Below, piece after piece: positions 59,172-64,000 of a stretch of 64,000 nt of DNA. The DNA is from Candidatus Gastranaerophilales bacterium (lineage in GTDB: Bacteria; Cyanobacteriota; Vampirovibrionia; Gastranaerophilales; Gastranaerophilaceae). The DNA lies in NCBI GenBank assembly GCA_947630535.1, contig CANRHZ010000004.1:10243-74242 (forward strand), read 5' to 3'. Both the position numbers and the translations under genes were made by a program. The notes under the pieces were generated by a model. It was given only the letters and a program-made list of their open reading frames with translations. It ran no database searches and was not told the DNA's origin. How positions within the stretch are numbered: the first letter of the stretch is position 1; each line of letters starts with the position of its first letter.

Positions 59172-60325
59172 AACACAATCTCCAAAATTGATTTTGCAAT
59201 TTGTTCTTTACTTGCCATATCTATTTTTTGTGTATTTTCATTTTTATCAATTACCCAAACTTCGTTATTGTCACTATTCAGGGCAGTTTTAGCCTCATTT
59301 GCAACAATAAAGTCAAGGTTTTTTTCTTTTAGTTTTTGTTTTGCAATCTCTATGGTGTTTTCGGTTGTTAAAGAAAAACCTATCACTTTTTGATTTGATG
59401 TTTTTTGTTGAGCTATACATTTAAGTATATCAGGATTTAGGCTAAGTTCAATCGAATATGAATCATTTTTAATATCATTTTTTCTTATTTTGGAATTTTG
59501 ATAGTTTTTAACTTTAAAATCGCTAACTGCAGCCGCCATTATAAGATAATGCGCATCTTTGAATTCTTGTTTTAAAATGTTGAGCATATCATCGGCACTT
59601 TCGGCTTTAAGCGTTTTATAGGGCTTTGTAAGGTCATTTGTTGAAATTAAAACAACGTCATACCCCAAACTATAGGCGCAATCTGCTATTTTATTTCCCA
59701 TCCTGCCTGATGATGCGTTTGTAATAAATCTGACAGGATCAATATATTCTCTTGTTCCGCCTGATGTTACAACGATTTTTTTATTTATTTTGGATTGAAT
59801 TTTTGTAGCTTCATATATAAAAGAAGGCTCTGCCATTTTGCCAACCCCGTATGTCCCGCAGGCAAGCTCTCCTGTTGTCGGTTCAATAACATTTATTTTG
59901 TACTGTTTTAATTTTAGAATATTTTCTTTTATTATGGGGTTATTCCACATACCATCATTCATGGCAGGTGCAACGTAGATGGGTTTATTTTTCCCTAAAT
60001 AAGCGCATGCAACCGAAGTAAGCAAGTTATCAGCAATCCCTGATGCTATTTTTGATATAGTGTTGGCGCTTATGGGGGCAATGACAAAAATATCCGCCCA
60101 ATCTGCAAGGGAAATATGCTCCGTATTTTGTCTTTTTTCAAATAAATCAACGGAAACACTGTTACAAGAAAGGGTTTCAAGCGTCTTTTCACCTATAAAT
60201 AAAAGAGTGTCTTTGGTACACACAACCTTAACATCATCCCCGCCTTTTTTATAAAGACGTATTAATTCTGCCGCCTTGTATGATGCAATTGAAGATGTTA
60301 TACCTATTAATACGTTTCTTTTCAT
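59168..60325 (-). CDS. coaBC: bifunctional phosphopantothenoylcysteine decarboxylase/synthetase
   Basis: N-terminal flavoprotein domain (GITSSIASYK, PAMN) and C-terminal DFP domain (TSGGTREYIDPVRFITNASSGRMG). Confidence 0.94.
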   Translation of the reverse strand: MKRNVLIGITSSIASYKAAELIRLYKKGGDDVKVVCTKDTLLFIGEKTLETLSCNSVSVDLFEKRQNTEHISLADWADIFVIAPISANTISKIASGIADNLLTSVACAYLGKNKPIYVAPAMNDGMWNNPIIKENILKLKQYKINVIEPTTGELACGTYGVGKMAEPSFIYEATKIQSKINKKIVVTSGGTREYIDPVRFITNASSGRMGNKIADCAYSLGYDVVLISTNDLTKPYKTLKAESADDMLNILKQEFKDAHYLIMAAAVSDFKVKNYQNSKIRKNDIKNDSYSIELSLNPDILKCIAQQKTSNQKVIGFSLTTENTIEIAKQKLKEKNLDFIVANEAKTALNSDNNEVWVIDKNENTQKIDMASKEQIAKSILEIVL

Positions 60326-60329
60326 AGGT

Positions 60330-60908
60330 CTATTTTACCTCAAAATCATAAACCGCCTTGAATTTTTTTAAGGCTTCACTTAGCTCATCATTTACAATTA
60401 CATACTTATAATTAGAAGATTCTGATAGTTCTCTTTCAACCTCATCAAGCCTTTTTTGGATGGCTTTTTCATCTTCCGTATGCCTTCCTCTGAGTCTTGA
60501 TTCCAATTCAAAAACACTGGGCGGGGAAATAAAAATAGTTATTGCATCTTTATATTTTTCCATAACTTTTTTTGCGCCCTTTGTTTCTATTTCAAGGATT
60601 ACATTTATCCCGTTATTTAATTTATCTGATACTATTTTATTATTCGTGCCGTAAAAATTACCGGAATATTCCGTCCACTCCAAAAATTCATCTTTCTCTA
60701 TAGCACGCCTGAATTCATCCTTTGATACAAACAAATAGTTAACCCCGTCTTTTTCATTAGGCCTCGGGGCTCTTGTTGTCATAGAAACAGAATAATAAAG
60801 GTTTTTATTATCCTGTTTAAAAAAGTTTGCAAGAATAGTTCCTTTGCCGACACCTGATGGGCCCGTCACTACAAAAAGTTTGCCTTGCTTTATATTCTTC
60901 TCTTCCAT
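60330..60908 (-). CDS. gmk: guanylate kinase
   Basis: GPSGVGKGT P-loop, TTRAPR motif. Confidence 0.95.
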   Translation of the reverse strand: MEEKNIKQGKLFVVTGPSGVGKGTILANFFKQDNKNLYYSVSMTTRAPRPNEKDGVNYLFVSKDEFRRAIEKDEFLEWTEYSGNFYGTNNKIVSDKLNNGINVILEIETKGAKKVMEKYKDAITIFISPPSVFELESRLRGRHTEDEKAIQKRLDEVERELSESSNYKYVIVNDELSEALKKFKAVYDFEVK

Positions 60909-60941
60909 ATTGAAAAGATTATAGCATAGTTTATTTAAAAA

Positions 60942-61457
60942 TTAATACTTCGCAAGCGTTAAAACTTTAACGTCTTTTGGGAGCTTTTCTCTGCCGTTTA
61001 AGTCTTTTAATTCAATTACAAAAGCAACTCCTGCAAGTACTCCCGCCTTTTGAACAAGCTTACATGCAGCCTGTGCGGTTCCGCCGGTTGCAAGTAAATC
61101 ATCTATAACAAGAACTCTTTTTCCTTTTTCTATTGCATCTTTATGTATTTCAATTCTATCGGTACCGTATTCAAGCTCATATTCAACGCTATATGTTTCG
61201 CAAGGAAGTTTGTTTGGTTTTCTTATTGGCACAAAACCAACTCCAAGAGAATATGCAACGGGCATACCAAATATAAAGCCTCTTGATTCTATTCCCGCAA
61301 CATAATCAATATTTTCATCCTTGAATTCATCAACTATTGCATCAATCATTTTTTTCATAACCGTGGGGTTTTTGATTGCGGTTGTAATATCTCTGAATAA
61401 AATTCCTTTTTTGGGAAAATCGGGAACATCCCTTATAGCGTCCTTAATAAAATCCAT
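60942..61457 (-). CDS. apt: adenine phosphoribosyltransferase
   Basis: PRPP-binding [13 protein letters not shown] and [12 protein letters not shown]. Confidence 0.95.
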   Translation of the reverse strand: MDFIKDAIRDVPDFPKKGILFRDITTAIKNPTVMKKMIDAIVDEFKDENIDYVAGIESRGFIFGMPVAYSLGVGFVPIRKPNKLPCETYSVEYELEYGTDRIEIHKDAIEKGKRVLVIDDLLATGGTAQAACKLVQKAGVLAGVAFVIELKDLNGREKLPKDVKVLTLAKY

Positions 61458-61532
61458 TTAAAAACTTCCTTAAATATATTCCACAAAACAAAAATATTTT
61501 ATCAAAAAAACTTTTATAGTAAAATTCCTTAT

Positions 61533-62634
61533 ATGGAAGAAAACAAAGAAGAACTAAAACAACTCATATCAGAAACCACACCCCGTTTTAATTCATACGG
61601 GAGGTGCCTTTGACCCTGACAGCTTAAGGGAAACTTTGGCTGAAATTGAGAAAAAGTCAAAGGATGAAAATATATGGAATGACCCCAAGCTTGCATCTGA
61701 AATATTAAAAGAGCAAAAAGATTTAAAGATAAAATTAGACAACTTTATTAAAAATAAAGAAGTTCTTGATGACTGTAAAATCGCCCTTGAATTAAACGAC
61801 AATGACTTAATTTCAGAGAGTATAACAAATTTAAAAAATCTTATAAAGTTTTTAGATAAGTTCGATTTAGAAAAAATGCTCTCGGATGAATATGATATAA
61901 ATGATGCCATCCTAACCGTAAATGCGGGAGCCGGAGGAACGGATGCACAGGACTGGGCAAATATGCTCCTTAGAATGTATTTAAGGTATTCAGACATTAA
62001 AGGGTATAAAACCGAGCTTTTAGACAAATCCGACGGAGAAGAAGCAGGAATAAAATCTGCAACAATAAAGGTGGAAGGGAAATACGCTTACGGGTATTTA
62101 AAAGCGGAAAAAGGAGTCCACAGGCTTGTGAGAATTTCGCCTTTCAATGCGAACGGAAAAAGGCAGACCAGCTTTGCAAGCATTGAAGTGACACCTGTTA
62201 TTGAAGATTTTGAAAATAAAATAATAATCCCGCCCGATGAAATTGAAGTGGAAACAATGCGCTCCGGCGGGGCGGGCGGTCAGAATGTAAATAAGGTAGA
62301 AACCGCAGTAAGAATTTATCATAAGCCGACAGGTATTGTCGTTAAATGTCAACAGGAAAGATCGCAGCTTCAAAACAAAGAAACTGCAATGCAAATGCTT
62401 GCAAGCAAACTTCTTTTGATTAAAAAAACCGAACATGAAAAAAAATTATCAGACTTAAAAGGCGAAAATGTTGATATAAATTTTGGCTCACAAATAAGGA
62501 GCTACGTTTTTCACCCGTACAAAATGGTTAAAGACCACAGAACAAATTTTGAAATCGGGAATGTGGATTCTGTTATGGACGGGAACATTGAAGGGTTTAT
62601 TGAAGAATATTTAAAAGGGAATAAAAATGATTAA
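61533..62634 (+). CDS. prfB: peptide chain release factor 2, requires programmed +1 frameshift (join 61533..61610, 61612..62634)
   Basis: Frame 0 reads [26 protein letters not shown] then TGA at 61611-61613. Skipping T61611 continues as [25 protein letters not shown], into the track ORF frame. SPF and GGQ ([11 protein letters not shown]) motifs lie downstream. Confidence 0.93.
61599..61614 (+). promoter_or_regulatory. RF2 autoregulatory +1 frameshift site
   Basis: GGGAGG (SD-like, 61599-61604), 3-nt spacer TGC, then CTT TGA C (61608-61614). Same spacing as the classic E. coli prfB site. Confidence 0.9.
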
Positions 62635-63844
62635 AGCGCAAAGAGGAACAAAAGATATACTGCCAAATGAAATTATGACTTGGCAAGAAGTTGAAAATAA
62701 AGCAAGAGAACTTTTTCAAGGCGCAAACTATAAAGAAATCAGAACACCGATTTTTGAAGGAACGGAACTTTTTAAAAGGGGAGTCGGGGATTCAACCGAT
62801 ATCGTTAATAAAGAGATGTATACTTTTTGTGTCGGAAACAACGAAAATTCAATAACCCTAAGGCCGGAGAATACGGCAGGGGTTGTAAGAAGTTATATAG
62901 AACATGGAATGGAGAGGCTTTCTCCCCCCGTAAAGCTATGGTATTTCGGGCCAATGTTCCGATATGAAAGACCGCAAGCGGGAAGGCAAAGGCAATTTCA
63001 CCAAATAGGGCTTGAACTGTTCGGTATAAAAGAAGGAACGGCAGATGCGGAAGTTATTATTATGGCATCTGAATTTTTGAAAAGAAACGGAATAAAAGAT
63101 TTATATGTAAGCTTAAATTCGCTAGGATGCCCGAATTGCAGGAATAAATACAAAGAAGAAATCAAAAAGGCGCTTATGCCATATTTAGACAATCTTTGTG
63201 ATGATTGTAAAGTAAGATATGAAAAAAATCCATTGAGGATGCTTGATTGTAAGGATGAAAACTGTAAAAAAATCTTTGAAAAAGAAGAAATAAAAAATGT
63301 CATTTTAAAAGATTTTATATGTGATGAATGCAGGGAACATTTTGAAAAAGTAAAAGAGTATCTTGAAATATCAAACATAGAATATAAAATTGATAAAATG
63401 CTTGTTAGAGGGCTTGATTACTATACAAGAACGGTTTTTGAAATTAAAAGCGATTCGCTGGGTTCGCAAAACGCAATACTTGGCGGAGGAAGATATGACG
63501 GACTTGTTGAAATGCTCGGAGGAAAACCGACACCGGCGGTCGGATTTGCGCTCGGTGTTGAAAGGTTAATAAGTTTAATAAATAAAAAGGAAGAATTGAA
63601 GCTTGATTATTTTGTTGTATCTACCGATACAAAAGAAGGAATTAAGGCAGTTAACCTTTTAAGAAACAAGGGATATAGTGCGGATTTTGATTTTCAGGCA
63701 AGAAAATTTGCAAAACAGATTGAAAAGGCGGGAAGGGTTGCAAAATTTGCGCTTATTATAGGAGAGGACGAGATAAAAGAAGGATACTTTACCGTTAAAA
63801 ACTTAGAAACGGGCGAACAAAAAAGAATAACGGAAATTAAATAG
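62627..63844 (+). CDS. hisS: histidine--tRNA ligase
   Basis: Class II motifs [18 protein letters not shown] and GGGRYDGL, plus a C-terminal anticodon-binding domain. Overlaps the prfB stop by 8 nt. Confidence 0.94.
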   Translation: MIKAQRGTKDILPNEIMTWQEVENKARELFQGANYKEIRTPIFEGTELFKRGVGDSTDIVNKEMYTFCVGNNENSITLRPENTAGVVRSYIEHGMERLSPPVKLWYFGPMFRYERPQAGRQRQFHQIGLELFGIKEGTADAEVIIMASEFLKRNGIKDLYVSLNSLGCPNCRNKYKEEIKKALMPYLDNLCDDCKVRYEKNPLRMLDCKDENCKKIFEKEEIKNVILKDFICDECREHFEKVKEYLEISNIEYKIDKMLVRGLDYYTRTVFEIKSDSLGSQNAILGGGRYDGLVEMLGGKPTPAVGFALGVERLISLINKKEELKLDYFVVSTDTKEGIKAVNLLRNKGYSADFDFQARKFAKQIEKAGRVAKFALIIGEDEIKEGYFTVKNLETGEQKRITEIK

Positions 63845-63886
63845 CAATAATTAAAAAGGGGTAAGCCCCCTTGCATACAATTAAAA

Positions 63887-63920
63887 TAGGGGGAATTACC
63901 CCCCTTAAACACTTTTTTTA
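63887..63920 (+). terminator. probable terminator after hisS
   Basis: AGGGGG (63888-63893) pairs with CCCCCT (63900-63905) around loop AATTA; T7 run at 63913-63919. A smaller GGGG-TAAG-CCCC hairpin lies at 63858-63869. Confidence 0.5.
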
Positions 63921-64000
63921 AATAAAATTTTAAATTGAATTTTAAATAAAGAATTTTATCTTTTGACGCAGCGAACGTCGTACGAGCCCGAGCGTGCGTA

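Noticed and set aside
61593-62027. 144-aa minus-strand ORF overlapping prfB
   Set aside because: It is antisense to RF2, which is supported by the frameshift site and the GGQ motif. Its composition is Ser/Phe-rich and low-complexity.
1-64000. CRISPR arrays, tRNA/rRNA genes, transposases, integrases, phage or known defence-system genes
   Set aside because: I saw no regularly spaced direct repeats, no tRNA-like T-arm/acceptor patterns in the intergenic gaps, and no ORF with recombinase, nuclease-helicase or toxin-antitoxin signatures.

Overview
AT-rich (about one-third G+C by eye), densely coding bacterial chromosomal segment with about 60 genes, mostly housekeeping. Recognised genes: carAB, uvrA, ppdK, pgeF-aroA-speE, engB, a birA-like gene with oadA-oadB, dnaX, pdp, rlmH, kdsD-kdsC, an eda-like gene, MTHFS, a HIT protein, rfbD, radA, ftsZ, spmAB, the tight minus-strand cluster apt-gmk-coaBC-nif3-aroC-aroK-aroB, and prfB-hisS. 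I found no rRNA, tRNA, CRISPR array, transposase, integrase or prophage genes. KDO genes, an SLH-domain protein, a TonB_C-type protein, a FliI-type ATPase, a Na+-decarboxylase and PPDK suggest an anaerobic diderm, possibly Melainabacteria- or Negativicutes-like; this is inference only. Items the ORF track does not explain: (1) a roughly 182-nt rod-shaped RNA fold with a central bubble and its own promoter at 23502-23683, a candidate 6S RNA; (2) the programmed +1 frameshift in prfB; (3) a 58-aa ferredoxin gene below the ORF cutoff. The most novel-looking content is a set of uncharacterised proteins. These include two tandem paralogous coiled-coil/Q-rich proteins that share an N-terminal [IF]-P-I-[NQ] motif with a third hypothetical protein, an orphan fliI behind a secreted hydrolase, two secreted proteins with a TrbI/VirB10-like domain (one SLH-anchored), a Cys-His-Asp papain/transglutaminase-like protein, a pseudo-receiver/degenerate-GGDEF protein, and a minimal biotin ligase with a divergent biotin loop. 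I cannot demonstrate a defined new multi-gene system from sequence alone. All functional calls rest on motif recognition by eye, not database searches.
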